From assembly GCA_030141605.1 (NCBI GenBank), contig JAQGDQ010000380.1, positions 62,001 through 126,000 of the forward strand: a stretch of 64,000 nt of DNA. The letters run 5' to 3'. Below are positions 13,347-27,102 of the stretch, piece after piece. Below the pieces are notes generated by a model. That model saw nothing but the letters and a program-made list of their open reading frames with translations. It did not search any database and was not told the DNA's origin. Position numbers and translations under genes: made by a program. Position 1 is the stretch's first letter; each line of letters opens with the position of its first letter. Source of the DNA: Tubiluchus corallicola. Lineage: Eukaryota > Animalia > Priapulida.

Positions 13347-14992
13347 CGTTAATACGTGAAAGCAATAAATTTATTATTATTATTATTATACATGATAACA
13401 TGTGATTGTGGAAACTGTACCATGAATGGAAACTGATGAATATACACACTTATCCTGCAAGGCAACAAGGCTTTATGACGGAAAACATAAGCCTGCCATG
13501 TCGCTCACTGTCGATTTTTCCCAGTTACCAGGCACTGAGCAGGGCAGCCATTTTAAAGTCTGCGACGGTGTCGAACCCACAACCTCTCAGACGTCACTTG
13601 ACTATGCTGTTTGGTTTTGTTCGGTTGTCGAACTTCCGCTTTTGATATTTCCGTTGCTAATTGGTTTGCAGAAAGAAACTAGGCAGGTTTTAAGATAAAA
13701 ATTCGAATACCAAATTTACCGTTGTACTCACACGCGAGCTGTTGAACGTGTGTACTTCGTCACAAACTAACACATCTGAACTGAGAGGTACAGCCCATGT
13801 TTTTGTGCAACACGTTTTCGAAATGCATGTAACAGCAAAGAACTAGTGGCGCGAATGCGAAATTGTGTTTGTGTGGTAATGATTCTTTCACGTAAGTCAT
13901 TTTTGAAAAAAAAGTATGTTTCCTTTCAATATTTTAAAGAGTAGATTGTTTTAGGTACAGTTTAAGATTGGATCCGGTTTTGCTTTAACAAGTAAATAAG
14001 TCCAACCTACTAACCAATGCAGGAACTGTGACCCTGCGGGTGAAGTCGACAACAAGCGTTGAATCCTTCGCTCAGCTCACTCACTCGTGCTATTGTCACA
14101 ACAATAAGATGAATTCCTCTCAGATTAGCTCATTTTCATCAGACTCTGTTGCCGTGGCGCCCAGTACATCCGTCTCACTTGACCGTTTTCAACACAACTG
14201 GCTTCTTTTGTCCATCGGTTACAGTCTGCATGACAACGCAATCAGTTCCATTTCAGAGTAATAGTTTTCCCAAGTTTATGCCACTTAATTCATTCCCATT
14301 TCCAGACGCTTTGCTTCGTAAGCCCTTTGGTGACTAATAATTGATTGGTGGTCAAAAAGAAACGAACAGATTTTTATTAAACAAAAATAGTCCGGTTGGT
14401 CATTATGGCTGAAGTTCACACAATTCACCCACGCACATGAAATTAGGGTTAGGATTAGGGTTTGGGAATTGCGTGGGGAATTGTGAACTCCTTCCAGGTA
14501 TTATTCCCATACATCCTAGCTTAGGTTTCTATGGTTGTTTGTAGTAGGATTATTGTGCAAACTTACTTTTTTGTCGTTGTCAACGTCAGCTGCAGTTTTC
14601 ATTGCTGTAGCTCGTGTTAGGTTTGGATTGGTGACCAACTGACCGCAAACTGTGACTTCAGATAAAATTTGCTGGATTCATTCACTTGCAATAGTCTCAC
14701 ATATCTCACTTTTTTCTAAAAATCATTTGTTTCACATGTCATTCATCTTTTCTAAGCCAAACTTACTACTTTGGAGTTGGAGGTTGCCTAACTTTGACAT
14801 TTATCAGTGACTTTTGACCTGTGTCATAAGACAGCTTACTAACTCAGCTGAGAATTTTGAAATTTCGCTTAGAGAATTTACCTTTACCTTTGCCTACTGT
14901 GGCAACTTGTTTCGCTGTGTAAGATTATGATCAGTTTGTTTTTTACAGCATTTTTTCAACAATAAGCTTTGCCTTGAAAGTGATCATCACTA

Positions 14993-15110
14993 ACCAAAGG
15001 ATAGCTGACTAGATGACCAATTGGTCTTTTGCTGCCTTTCTTCACAAAATGTTTTTCCAAATTATTATTTGTATTACAACTCCTATGTTTATTACAAGGT
15101 AAATAAGAGA
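14993..15110 (+). mobile_element. CR1-like LINE 3' tail fragment (second copy 17099-17218; related hairpin 15878-15916)
   Basis: ggatagctgactagatgaccaattggtcttttgctgcc resembles the GACTAGATG..TGGTCT..CTGCC stem-loop of CR1-clade 3' ends; two near-identical copies in the window. Confidence 0.45.
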
Positions 15111-16559
15111 TTATGTTTACTTTATGTCACTATTTGTTTTTGAGCTGTTATATTTACTAGTAATTGTCATTATTGAAAGACGGGTTAGTGTACTCGATAA
15201 CGTATGTTCTTCGCCACCACTTTGATTTGATTGGCTACAAATGTTACTGAATTCTAACGTATGTTATGTGTTGGGAGAAAACAATAAATGATTTGAATTG
15301 ATTTGGTTGTGGTTTCATGTGAAGTTATTAGTTTGTAGTATTAAATATTAATTATGTGCACTATTCCAAAAGATACCTTTGAATGTAGCTTATTTTCTGC
15401 TTGCAAAAAATACACAAAAATCTTACTAAATGGATATACCTGTAGTAGATAACTTGTAAGACTAATGAGCAAGCTAGCCAGTTTTTTTCTTTTCTTTTTT
15501 CTCCTCATCTCCTAAGTAATTGTTGCTCTTTCTCATACTTACTTTTTCTCATAAATTTTTCTATATTGCACTTTTTTGATGCTTATTTTTTTCTTTCCAT
15601 ACTCTCAGTTTTTAACTTTACTCACTAACTTTTGTCAAATTCCCCTGTTAATAAGACCCCATTTGAAACTACTACGTATAATAATCCTATTTACTGAATA
15701 ATTGTATTGTTTTGTTTAAATTTTGATGTCCAACTTTATTTTTTTTTTGTTTCAGTTCTCTTTGGATAATTTGTATCATTTATACTGTTTTTATTTGTAT
15801 TTTTTCTTATTTGTTTTTGTTTTTGTTATCTGCAGCATCACCGTTAATTTTTAATACACTAATTTATTTATAAGAAAGGGCAGGAGACTAGATGACCCTA
15901 TGGTCCTTCCCTGCCCTGCTCCACGATTATAATTACTTAATATTTAAAAAACTTTTGATGTTAAACTAATTGGAGAAAATAAATGTTCTATGTCTATGTC
16001 TATGTATGGTGAAGCCAAACAGCCCAAGTTTTATACCATAAATACATAATATGAGAAATTACTGAAAGTGTCTTTAGAGTGTTAAATGATTACTCGTGTT
16101 TGTTTGTTATCAGCATTAATATTATTATCAACAGATTTTTGTTAATGATTGAAGTGTTTTTGAAATTACCTTAGCATGACATAATGTAATGTTTTTAATG
16201 TTAAATGTTTTTAAGCGCATGTGATAAAAATGTTAAAATTTTCCTTTCCTTCCCATTTAATCGCAATTCAAAGGTAATGCAAATCAATTGTGCGCTATTA
16301 GAAACTATTAGATGCTTCTTTTAAAACAGAAGATGATTAAGATTGTTGTGAATCAAATTTAGCTTTTCGCTGTTAACCTGTTAATTTGTAACTTTTTGTT
16401 ATTGTAATGGTAAATAGATTACTTTACTTAGCTTTTTGTAATAAGCGAACAGCACGTCTACAAAAATGATGATTTATTGCAGTGTACCAGAGCCTCCCCC
16501 CACACATCTGTGCCGTGTGATTTCTTTACGTGTCTAAAAAAGATTTTTGTCTTTTTCAG

Positions 16560-16687
16560 GGGATCCACACAACAATCCAGTATCATCCCATGACCCGTTT
16601 AAAACGCTTTTTACAGCTAGAATAAACTTTGATACGTCCGAGTCGAAACTGAGACGAGAATTCGAAGTTTTTGGTCCCATAAAGAAG
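16560..16687 (+). CDS. SNRNP70: U1 snRNP 70 kDa protein, exon (start of RRM)
   Basis: ctttttcag|GG GAT CCA...AAG AAG|gtaagc; translates (W)[42 protein letters not shown], matching U1-70[37 protein letters not shown]. Confidence 0.97.
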
Positions 16688-17963
16688 GTAAGCGAATAAG
16701 AAAAGTGTTGTACTTTGTCTTTATCGCAGCGATCTTATTGTCGAGAAATGCACCTGTATGACATATCTCGACACTCTGTGTTTATTCCTACTTGCTTGGA
16801 TGTGCCCTAGCAAAAAGGTTTATTAATGAATATACAATCTTCTCTGAATAAGCCTCTAGACCATAGATAGTATTTGGCATTCTGCCTAAGTGCTTATTAA
16901 ATGAATTATCTATTCTATTTCTAATAGGCTTCTAAATTATATTTGCGTCTAAACTGTATTAGGTTGAGTTAGCATAGTAGCCCTCTAAAGGCTATGTTAG
17001 CTTCTTTAGTCTCATTCTTGAGAATATTCTGACGCCCATGTATATACATATATAGTATACGTATACATATATACATAAATACATAAAGTGATCATTATTA
17101 ACCAAAGGATAGCTGACTAGATGACCAATTGGTCTTTTACTGCCCTTTCTTCACAAAATGATTTTTCAAATTATTATTTGTATTATAACTCTCTGTTTAT
17201 TGCAAGATAAATAAGAGATTGTATATATATATATATACCTTTATTTGCCATAAAATAATGATAGCATACATTATACAATGTGAAATATTATTCAGTGATT
17301 GCCTGGGCTACACTGCTAATAGGCAAATGCATCTGGTGCAAAAATTAGAACTACGACGCAGTAGGGTGTGTAGAAAACGAGTAATAAACTTAAAAAATGA
17401 TATAAGCTACAATAAAATACACCTATCTAAAAAAACCAAAGCACACTTACAAATACAATCTCATGTAAAATCATACGTGTCGTAGAGGTTGTATAAACAC
17501 GTATGTTGACAAACACAAACACAAAACGATCTCACGGTACAACTGAACATTCGAGCAGTACAATAATTTGTGTTTATATGTAAAGCAATAACATAATTAT
17601 TTGTTCTAATAATAATAATTATGTGTGATCTGTTCTTGTATGTCGTAGTATTCTAAACGCATTCTAGTTTCGAGCAAATAGCTTTTTTATATCGCGTACT
17701 AAGTTTTCTTACTAAAACGTAAACAAGGCCGTTTATTATAAGTATGTAGTAGGCAAAAAAACTGTTAAATAATTATTAAAAAACTATTAAGTTAAATAAT
17801 TAATTTTTGCTTAAATATCTCATTGTAAATATCATCATATGATCTTGCTTAATAATTATACGCATTTTAATCACCTGCTCTCTTGGTTTCTATTCATCTA
17901 ATCAATACAACCATTTAGAAAGATGCAGTACTAACAAATTCAGGTTCATTTCTGGTCTGGAGC

Positions 17964-18796
17964 TTATATTAGGTGTTGGAACTTGGGTAAAATGTGTGGT
18001 TTATATATGGTTTATTTGCGTGATTATTTGGCAAATATGATAAGTCGTGAGTGAGTGTGAAAAAAGTTTATATTAGGTGTTGGAACTTGGGCAAAATGTG
18101 TGGTTTATATATGGTTTATTTGCGTGATTATTTGGCAAATATGATAAGTCGTGAGTGAGTGTGAAGAAAGTTTATATTAGGTGTTGGAACTTGGGTAAAA
18201 TGTGTGGTTTATATATGGTTTATTTGCGTGATTATTTGGCAAGTTTGATAAGTCGTGAGTGAGTGTGAAGAAAGTTTATATTAGGTGTTGGAACTTGGGC
18301 AAAATGTGTGGTTTATATATGGTTTATTTGTGTGATTATTTGGCAAATTTGATAAGTCGTGAGTGAGTGTGAAGAAAGTTTATATTAGGTGTTGGAACTT
18401 GGGTAAAATGTGTGGTTTATATATGGTTTATTTGTGTGATTATTTGGCAAATTTGATAAGTCGTGAGTGAGTGTGAAGAACGTTTATATTAGGTGTTGGA
18501 ACTTGGGTAAAATGTGTGGTTTATATGTGGTTTATTTGTGTGATTATTTGGCAAGTTTGATAAGTCGTGAGTGAGTGTGAAGAACGTTTATATTAGGTGT
18601 TGGAACTTGGGTAAAATGTGTGGTTTATATATGGTTTATTTGTGTGATTATTTGGCAAGTTTGATAAGTCGTGAGTGAGTGTGAAGAAAGTTTATATTAG
18701 GTGTTATAACTTGGGCAAAATGTGTGGTTTATATATGGTTTATTTGCGTGATTATTTGGCAAATTTGATAAGTCGTGAGTGAGTGTGAAGAAAGTT
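17964..18796. repeat. 104-bp tandem array, 8 copies
   Basis: Unit starts ttatattaggtgttggaacttggg (17964, 18068, ...). Confidence 0.96.
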
Positions 18797-19327
18797 TTGA
18801 GTTTTAATTGTATCGTCTGTTTTTAGCAGACGACGAACTCCGTCATTTTTACAGCCTGTGTTCTTCCACTAAAGACGTTTTCATCGATTTTACTAGCTTT
18901 TTCTACTGCATTTAGCTATTCCCAGAATGAAGGTTTGATGGAATGAAATTATCTAGTTGTTAATTTAGGAAACGAGGCGTTAAATTATTGGAAAATTAAT
19001 AACATGGCACTAAGTCAGTTTAAATAAAGAGTAATAAACGAAACATTAGGGGTTACTTAAGGGACAAGGGAACACGCTTCGTTAATAAAGCTAAAAAATT
19101 CGCATTAAAGTTTTTTAGCACTCAAGTACTGTCTTATTGCATGCAGGGCTTGCGTTAGCAGTAACGCTGTATCAAACTTCTTAATTTAAATCCCGCGATG
19201 ACCGTTAATTTTACTGGTAAGTGAATTGATATAAGTTTAGATAACATTGTGTAAAGTTTGAAAAAAAAATCAAAGCATTAGTAGCGCAGTCTTCGCTAAC
19301 TAAGCAAAAGTTTAAATTACTTTACAT

Positions 19328-19801
19328 CAGGGGTGTGCAAATTGCGGCCCACCGAGAGAATTTGTGCGGCCCGCGAAGAGATTTGTCAACCTAATGAAAG
19401 TGCGGCCCGGGCCATTAATTGAGTGTATCCATCTGAAGTCCGTGCCAAAGATAGTGCGGGTAGTTTTTTCTACTAGATCGGATGCCATTAACCCTTACAA
19501 GACGGTTGTAGCTTAACGTCACTGCACTACACAGACTGTGTGATACACATTACTAATATGCATTGTAATGAAATTACCACTATCTGTCCTGAAACTAGAA
19601 ATATGTGGTTTGTAATATAAATTTTAATAACTTCTGAAATAGTTTCTTGATTGTAGTAGTAATGATATATGCAGGTCGGATACAAAAAAATCGTTATTAG
19701 GTTCTACTGTACTTGGCTCCTTGATCAAACTGCCTGTGGCCCGCAGGAATTGCGGGAAAGTTTAATGTGGCCCGGCTAGTCAGATAATTTGCTCACCCCT
19801 G
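19328..19801. mobile_element. hAT-type MITE, copy 1
   Basis: TIRs caggggtgtgcaaat / atttgctcacccctg; perfect 8-bp TSD CTTTACAT; subterminal GCGGCCC motifs; inverted copy at 34609-35004. Confidence 0.92.
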
Positions 19802-21033
19802 CTTTACATTGTCGGTATAAGATCAGTAATATGTTTTTTTGGTGAATCAGTGGTGCACCCTGGGATGGTGATACAGTGACATTTTACCAGGTGGTTCAAA
19901 TGTTTTAAATTATTAACAACTGTCTTTTTCAATAACATAAGTCTTCGAATAGGTAAACGTAACGCTAAATAATATAACTTTGTTTGCAAAATTTTTTGGG
20001 ATATTCTTTGAAATTTCATTTCTTATGCTTTAAGCAGGTTTTGCTGGAAACAATAAAATCTGTTCACAGTAGCAACGTACACAATCGAAACTGTTATGAT
20101 AAATATTCTATGCTCATATCAGTTAATAATATACTAGTTATGAAATTTCTGAGTGAAATTAAAGTTCTAAAATTCAGTTAGTTTGTAATTTATAATTGCA
20201 ACTAGTCAAAGTGTGCTCTACGTTGTATTACATTACTATATATAATATTGTGTAACATATAATTGTGTACTTGCAAACCAAAACCGTCCATAAGTTGACG
20301 TACTTAAAACTACGTTATAATGATTCAAAGTAGACTGCACCAAAAATTTGGTCGAATCTCATTTTTTGTTTATTATATAAACGAACGCTAAATATATTGG
20401 ACTTTCATATTTTAGCATCAAATTATCAAGAAAAAGTTCGAAAAATACTAAAAATCCCATTTTATAACCCTGTGTCCACTTTTTTGGCTAGAAACTAGTA
20501 CTGTAATTGTAAAAAAACTCGTATTTTCAAGCCCTGATAGTAGTTCGTGGAAGCAGTCATTTTGCTTTGAGTTTTTTCTGCTGCCAAGCCCAGGTCTTGG
20601 TGAATAAGAGCCATCTACTGGATTTAAACATAACTTCAACGTGTTCTTGCAAAGTCCATAGCAACCAACATTTGTGCGGTTGCTAAGTGTTTTGTAGAAA
20701 CGTGACTAAAAACAATGGCTGCTCTAACAGTGATTTTCTCAAGATTATGTTTTTCAGTGCGCAGCTTGCACCTCAACTTCAACGTGGATTATCTCAGCTT
20801 AGAAATAACATAAAGCAATGAGCTTGGTATCAAAATGATCCTCGTGAAATAGAGATTCAGGATGTGTGAATAACTAGAAAAGCTTAATTGCCACCTTTTG
20901 GATGATTTTGGTATACAAGCTCACATATATAATATAATAGCAATATAAGTACAATATGTCCTATGTGAAGCTAATTGCATACACATTATGTTGTAAATTG
21001 TAGTAAAGAATGGCTTCTGGTTGTTATTTTCAG

Positions 21034-21115
21034 ATCATCTTGATTCATGACAAGATCACTGGGAAGCCTAGAGGTTATGCTTTTATTGAATACGAACACG
21101 AGCGTGATATGCATT
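21034..21115 (+). CDS. SNRNP70: U1 snRNP 70 kDa protein, 82-nt RNP1 exon
   Basis: ttattttcag|ATC ATC...CAT T|gtaagt; [27 protein letters not shown], containing RNP1 RGYAFIEY. Confidence 0.98.
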
Positions 21116-21288
21116 GTAAGTATGTAATAAGACAGCTTGAGGTAGATGGGCAACATTTACCCCTTATTTCATTCTCTCAAATTGTTGAAGCAAATTGTTG
21201 AAGCATTGTAGGAGCATTTTGTTGAACGGCTTAATTAATTCTTGATATTCGTGGGCAGATAGCAGTGCGTGGAATTGTTTGAATAGAA

Positions 21289-21752
21289 TGTAGTATGCAT
21301 ACTACTGTGTGAGAGTGTAGTATGCATACTACTGTGTGAGAGTGTAGTATGCATACTACTGTGTGAGAGTGTAGTATGAATACTACTGTGTGAGAGTGTA
21401 GTATGCATACTACTGTGTGAGAGTGTAGTATGAATACTACTGTGTGAGAGTGTAGTATGCATACTACTGTGTGAGAGCCTAGTATGCATACTACTGTGTG
21501 AGAGTGTAGTATGCATACTACTGTGTGAGAGTGTAGTATGCATACTACTGTGTGAGAGTGTAGTATGAATACTACTATGTGAGAGTGTAGTATGCATACT
21601 ACTGTGTGACAGTGTAGTATGCATACTACTGTGTGAGAGCGTAGTATGCATACTACTGTGTGAGAGCGTAGTATGCATACTACTGTGTGAGAGTGTAGTA
21701 TGCATACTACTGTGTGAGAGCGTAGTATGCATACTACTGTTTGAGAGCGTAA
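21289..21752. repeat. 27-bp tandem array with palindromic core, ~17 copies
   Basis: Unit tgtagtatgcatactactgtgtgagag; GTAGTATGCATACTAC is a perfect 16-bp palindrome. Confidence 0.97.
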
Positions 21753-22520
21753 TGAAGTGAGCTTATTTTTATACCAATACCAGGGTGTCCGTATTTAGCC
21801 CAAAAAGTGACAACTGGCAAACCTATGCATAACTGGTGGCATAACAACTGGTAACTGTGTCTAAACTATGTTATCTGAGCGTATTTGGGATGTAATGAAG
21901 TGAACTTATTTTTATGGGGGGAAAATTGCTTTTGTGCGATACGTAAGCTTTGGTGATGGGCCATTCAGCTATGATAGGTTAGGTTAACAAAATACGGCTT
22001 GTCTTGATTGCTGTTTGTTATTATAAGTGCTGTTTTAGGATTTGGTACTGTGCTTTTTACATGAAAAGTTATATGTATGAACAATCTTATACACAAATTT
22101 TTACATAATTTTTTATCAACAGTTTTCACTTACATACACTCTGTAGTGTATTACTATTCTAAAGTTGTAGTTTGCTGATACGCTGATTACATGCGTTTCC
22201 TGTGCTGTTCTCTGAATTACCAAATTCCTACTTGCAACATTAGGGTGTCCATATTAACACCCAAAAATGACAACATTACAGTGACAACGAAACCTATGCA
22301 TAACTGGTGGCATAACAACTGGTAACTGTCTCTAAACTATGTTATTATGATTGCAAGCCATTTTTTTGCCAATATTGCGCTGTGTAAGAATATTTTCTTT
22401 GATAAAAACAAACAAAATTCTTTGACAAAGGGCAAAAATTGGTCAAAATTTTTATCTAGAGGCCAGAGATTAACAGAAAACTAAAATCACTTTCATTCTT
22501 TATTGCTATGTTGTGTAATA

Positions 22521-23627
22521 CAGTAAGTCCTCGCTTAGTGACACTAATACGTTCCAGCAAAATCTAATATTTAAACAAAGCCAATACTTTCATAGAAGCT
22601 AAAGTAAAAGTATTGGAATGCGTTCTTGTTGTGTTTTGTTTCTCTCGGAAGGCTCGTAGAGAAAACCAGAAAACACTTCATCAAATTAAACTAGTTTATT
22701 AAGCGAGAATTCTACAACAGAAAAGTATGAAGGAACGCGAAATTATTACACTAAACGTGAAAATCTGGAAAACGTTTAAGTGTATTTCAAAATACAAGTA
22801 TACAAGAGAATGTGTAAGTGGTGTCCATGTGAATCTGTGTGTCTGTCTCAGCGGCCTGCTTCGCCTTACATAGGGTGCCAGGGAACATTCTAGACGTTTC
22901 TTTCTAGAACATTCTACAAGGTAAGACAATTATTCTAACGGAACATTCTACAATGTTCTATTTAATTCTAATAGATGCCAGCGATCTCCACAACAGTTCT
23001 AGAGACAAAAGTCAATGCTGCTTAAATCATGTAAATTAAATTGTTTATGAGTTTTACTTATGTTTCTGCTGATTAATTTTTTATTTTGCTTGCTTGAAAC
23101 CAGCTTTTTGCTTGCTTGAAACCAGCTGTATGTGTTACTAACCTAGCTAGCCCGGTTTCTCTTCAGTTGACATTTAGGTCTTGGCAGCCGTTAAACAATA
23201 AATACTGCAGCGGAGTCAAAGCCAAGCCCCGACGTGATCTTGGGAATTCTAGATACTTAATCCGATTGCTGTAACAATTTGTTGCAAGTAACATTCCTTC
23301 CCGTAAAGTTTGCCCCGATGTCTCGCCTGATACGAAGGGCTAGCGTTTAGTGGTCAGTTGGGAGGTAGAAACGTATACTTGTGTATAACAATTTCAGCGT
23401 TTATATTACTAGTGCACTTTTACAAGAGAATAATGCAATATCTACTGTTTTAATGCATCAATTTAAGTAAAAAAAAAAGTTGCTGATAAGATAAAAATTG
23501 GCTTCAAACAAAGTAAAAAAATCGTCGTTAAAACAAAATGGCGTGTTACGTGAAAAAAGTGTCAAATGTTCAGCGTCGTTAAAGTGAAACGTCGCTAAAC
23601 AGGGTGTCATTAAGCGAGGAGTTACTG
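22521..23627. mobile_element. Tc1/mariner (pogo/Tigger-like) MITE interrupted by a solo LTR
   Basis: TA|cagtaagtcctcgcttagtgacac ... gtgtcattaagcgaggagttactg; related partial copy at ~35030-35740. Confidence 0.8.
22627..22995 (-). mobile_element. Solo LTR (BEL/Pao-like), copy 1
   Basis: TGTTGTG...CACAACA termini, 5-bp TSD GTTCT; reverse complement of 44556-44923. Confidence 0.88.
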
Positions 23628-24167
23628 CACTTTTATATTACAAACAAAATGGCGTGTTGTTAAGTGAAAAAAGTGTCAAATGTTCAGCGTCATTAAAATG
23701 AAACGTCGCTAAACAGGGCGTCGTTAAGCGAGGAGTTACTGCACTTTTAAATTACAAACAAAATGGCATGTTGTTAAGTGAAAAACGTGTCAAATGTTCA
23801 GCGTCATTAATATGAAACGTCGCTAAACAGGGTGGCGTTAAGCGAGGATTTACTGCACTTTTAAATTACAAACAAAATGGCATGTTGTTAAGTGAAAAAC
23901 GTGTCAAATGTTCAGCGTCGTTAAAGTGAAACGTCGCTAAACAGGGTGGCGTTAAGCGAGGATTTACTGCACTTTTAAATTACAAACAAAATGGCATGTT
24001 GTTAAGTGAAAAAAGTGTCAAATGTTCAGCGTCATTAATATGAAACGTCGCTAAACAGGGTGGCGTTAAGCGAGGAGTTACTGCACTTTTATATTACAAA
24101 CAAAATGGCATGTTGTTAAGTGAAAAAAGGTGTCGAATGTTCAGCGTCGTTAAGCGAGGAGTTACTA
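23533..24167. repeat. 114-bp tandem array made of a MITE right end plus flank, ~5.5 copies
   Basis: Each unit ends ttaagcgaggagttactg (the TIR) and is followed by cacttttatattacaa. Confidence 0.92.
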
Positions 24168-25160
24168 AACTTTTATTTTACAATATAACAACTTTTGATC
24201 GCCAGCAAATAAATTATCAACTTAACTTACACTTTATATTTGCACAATATATTTGGACACAGTACAAAAACTCAAATTTATAACACTGTTGAGTACAATA
24301 TATTAAATATTTATATTTTACGAAATGTCATTATTATATACATTTAAGCTAAAAATGCAAAAGAATTCTATATAGCACAGGTATTTTAAAGCTATAAACT
24401 GTGAAAACTGTCAAAAAAATTTGAAAATTTTGAATAAAGCTGTTAAAAATTTACAAATCAAGTAGAACTTGTGAAACATATAGACGTTAATACAGACTTG
24501 ATAAGCTTATTACCATGTACAGTAGTTGTACAGAATGATACGACATACTGAAGTTGTACGGCATGATATGACATACTGTAGTTGTACAGAATGATACGAC
24601 ATACACGTACTGTGTCCAAATATATTTGCTCTTGTACTGCCTATTAAACATCCCTTGTTACACTGTCAATTTCCAAATTGCAATTTTGCGAGCATTTTAT
24701 CACTTTTGGAGATTCGTAATTGCTAGCACTGTAAGCCTGATGTTGTCTGTTTCCGACATTCTCTTCCTAATTGAACGCTCCAATGAATAATGAGCAATTG
24801 CTGTCACTTTGCTTCACTCGTCAACGAGAGAGTTTTAAACAGGTGAAAACCTACGAATTCTTAACTAAATAATGAAATTGCGTAACATAATTTTGTAATG
24901 GGTGATTGTATCTAATCTTTCGCATCATCATTATTATTACTTATTTCAAAATACCAGCACAATTTTCAATTTGTTAGTAGCATGAAAAATACATTATATG
25001 AATTGTATTACACATTATAATAATTTCAACAAAAAGGGGCAATAAATAATATAGCAGTTAGTTTAACGTTGCCATTTCTTCCCTTGATTTACGTTTGCGT
25101 AGGCGACGTCATGTAATGGCGGCTTCGGAACAATATTGCACGAGATTTGACATGAAAATA

Positions 25161-25673
25161 CAGTCATACCCCGGTTTTCGAATGTCTCCATACTCCTACA
25201 AATCAGTTTTCGACCAGAAAATTCGAGTTGAAATTGTCTACATTCTCGACCAGAATTTCGGTACTCGACCAACCGCCAAGCACGTGATGAACGCATGTGC
25301 AGCGAGGTGAGTAGAGCCGAGCGTAACCGACCGCGCCCGAGAGTAGTCATGTACGTGTTTCTGATCTTGCTTACATATACCATCACACTGCTACCAACAC
25401 GTAACGTTTTTTCATGCAGGAATAATTATGTTTTTCTTTCTAAGGAATTCTATTATGTTCTTCTTATCAGTTATATCATATGTACTGTTTAGATAAACAT
25501 TTTTCCATTATTATATTTCATTTTAGTAATACTTTACGGTTCATTTGGTGCTTGAGAACGGATTATTTGCTTTTACATTATTTCTTACGGGAATAAATGA
25601 TTCGGTTCTCGACCAAATCGGTTTTCAAACACTTTTTAGGAACGAATTACGGTCGAAAACAGAGGTATGACTG
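25161..25673. mobile_element. Tc1/mariner (Tigger-like) MITE
   Basis: TA|cagtcataccccggttttcga ... tcgaaaacagaggtatgactg|TA; inserted in another repeat whose empty-site version is at ~59050-59245. Confidence 0.9.
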
Positions 25674-27102
25674 TAAACAATTAATCCTTTCAACGCGGGT
25701 AAGATATGTGCATAAAATTGTTATAAAATAGTATAATTTCTTAAGGCAATTTTTCTGAAATCTATTTCAGGTCCTTTGATGTGCAAAGTATTTCAATTTC
25801 TTTAGCCCTGTTTTTAAACACCTAACCATAGTATATATTTTTATGCCTATTGCATATATAACCATGAATATCTTCATTGTAGATTTTTTTTATCTATATA
25901 TCAATTTTACTACACCTTTGGCTTCTATGTGAATATATAATATGCAACAATATAATCTATAATAACTAATTTTAAAAATTGTATGTCTAAATTGTTTTAT
26001 TGATTTTGTTTGCATGAAAAAGTGCAGTTCGGTGAATTATTTTAGTTTTGTGACAAGTTTAATTCACTCATAGAGCACGGAGTTTCATGAAGCGTTTTAT
26101 TTAAATGAAAATCTGATGTTGATTTATGACATGACCTTCTTTTACATTTTACACATTTTACACAGAAAACATTGACAAATATCAATAAACAGTGTAGTAT
26201 ATGTATATAAGCTACTTAAATGTTATATTTACTGAATTTATATAGGCTAGTGTTAAAACACTTATTACAAAAATTGAAAAGAGACAGATGTTGCATAGAA
26301 TTACAATCATTGTGCTTTAGAAGCATACTTTATATGGTTTTTTATTATTATTATTTATTCGTACACGTACAATAACAAAATTATGTACAAGGTTTAGTCA
26401 AAAAATAACAATATGCATTAAATAAATCTATAAATAAATGTAGACTAAAAATCAATATAGATTATAATTATTTAAAAGTATACTATAATATTTATAGGCA
26501 AAATGTGCATTTTAGAATAATACTTTTTGCTAACGGCAGCCGTAGCCATTGGCAGTGTTTTGTTTTTGTTTTATTTGCGATCTGATAACTGAAAGTCATT
26601 TTCTGATAGTCATTTAATTAATTGATAGCAATTCTTAATCCAGACTTAGCTGTGTGCTGCTAAGTATCTCTTAACCTTCATGGCGGAGCCACAATAGAAA
26701 ATCAATAAAACTTACATTTTCTTTGTAGGTCTGCTAAGCTACGATAAGACGTCGTTTCTTCTCCCCTTTAATCGGCATTTATACCAAATCGGTTGGAATG
26801 ATTTCTTTTTCTTTCTCTCTCTCACTTTGTGAGCGAGTATTCAGAATCATTGCATCAAGTTTTGAATCGTTGTTTACTTTAATAAAATATTGCTGAACGT
26901 TCTGAGCCCGGGACACATTTAAACGAAATTTTCCCGAAATTAAACATTTTACAGGAGCCGATGCATATTTAAATGAGAGCTTAATTTGATTAGAGGGATA
27001 AAATTTTATGCCTTTCAAGTGTAAAAAAATCTTGTTCGAGTAGTTTCGGCTCGTCGTCGGTGGGCTTTGATTAAGAAGAGAGTTGAACGTAATGTAATTC
27101 AA

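Noticed and set aside
21010-21201. ORF-track 63-aa protein starting MASG
   Set aside because: Only 21034-21115 is exon; the flanks are intron.
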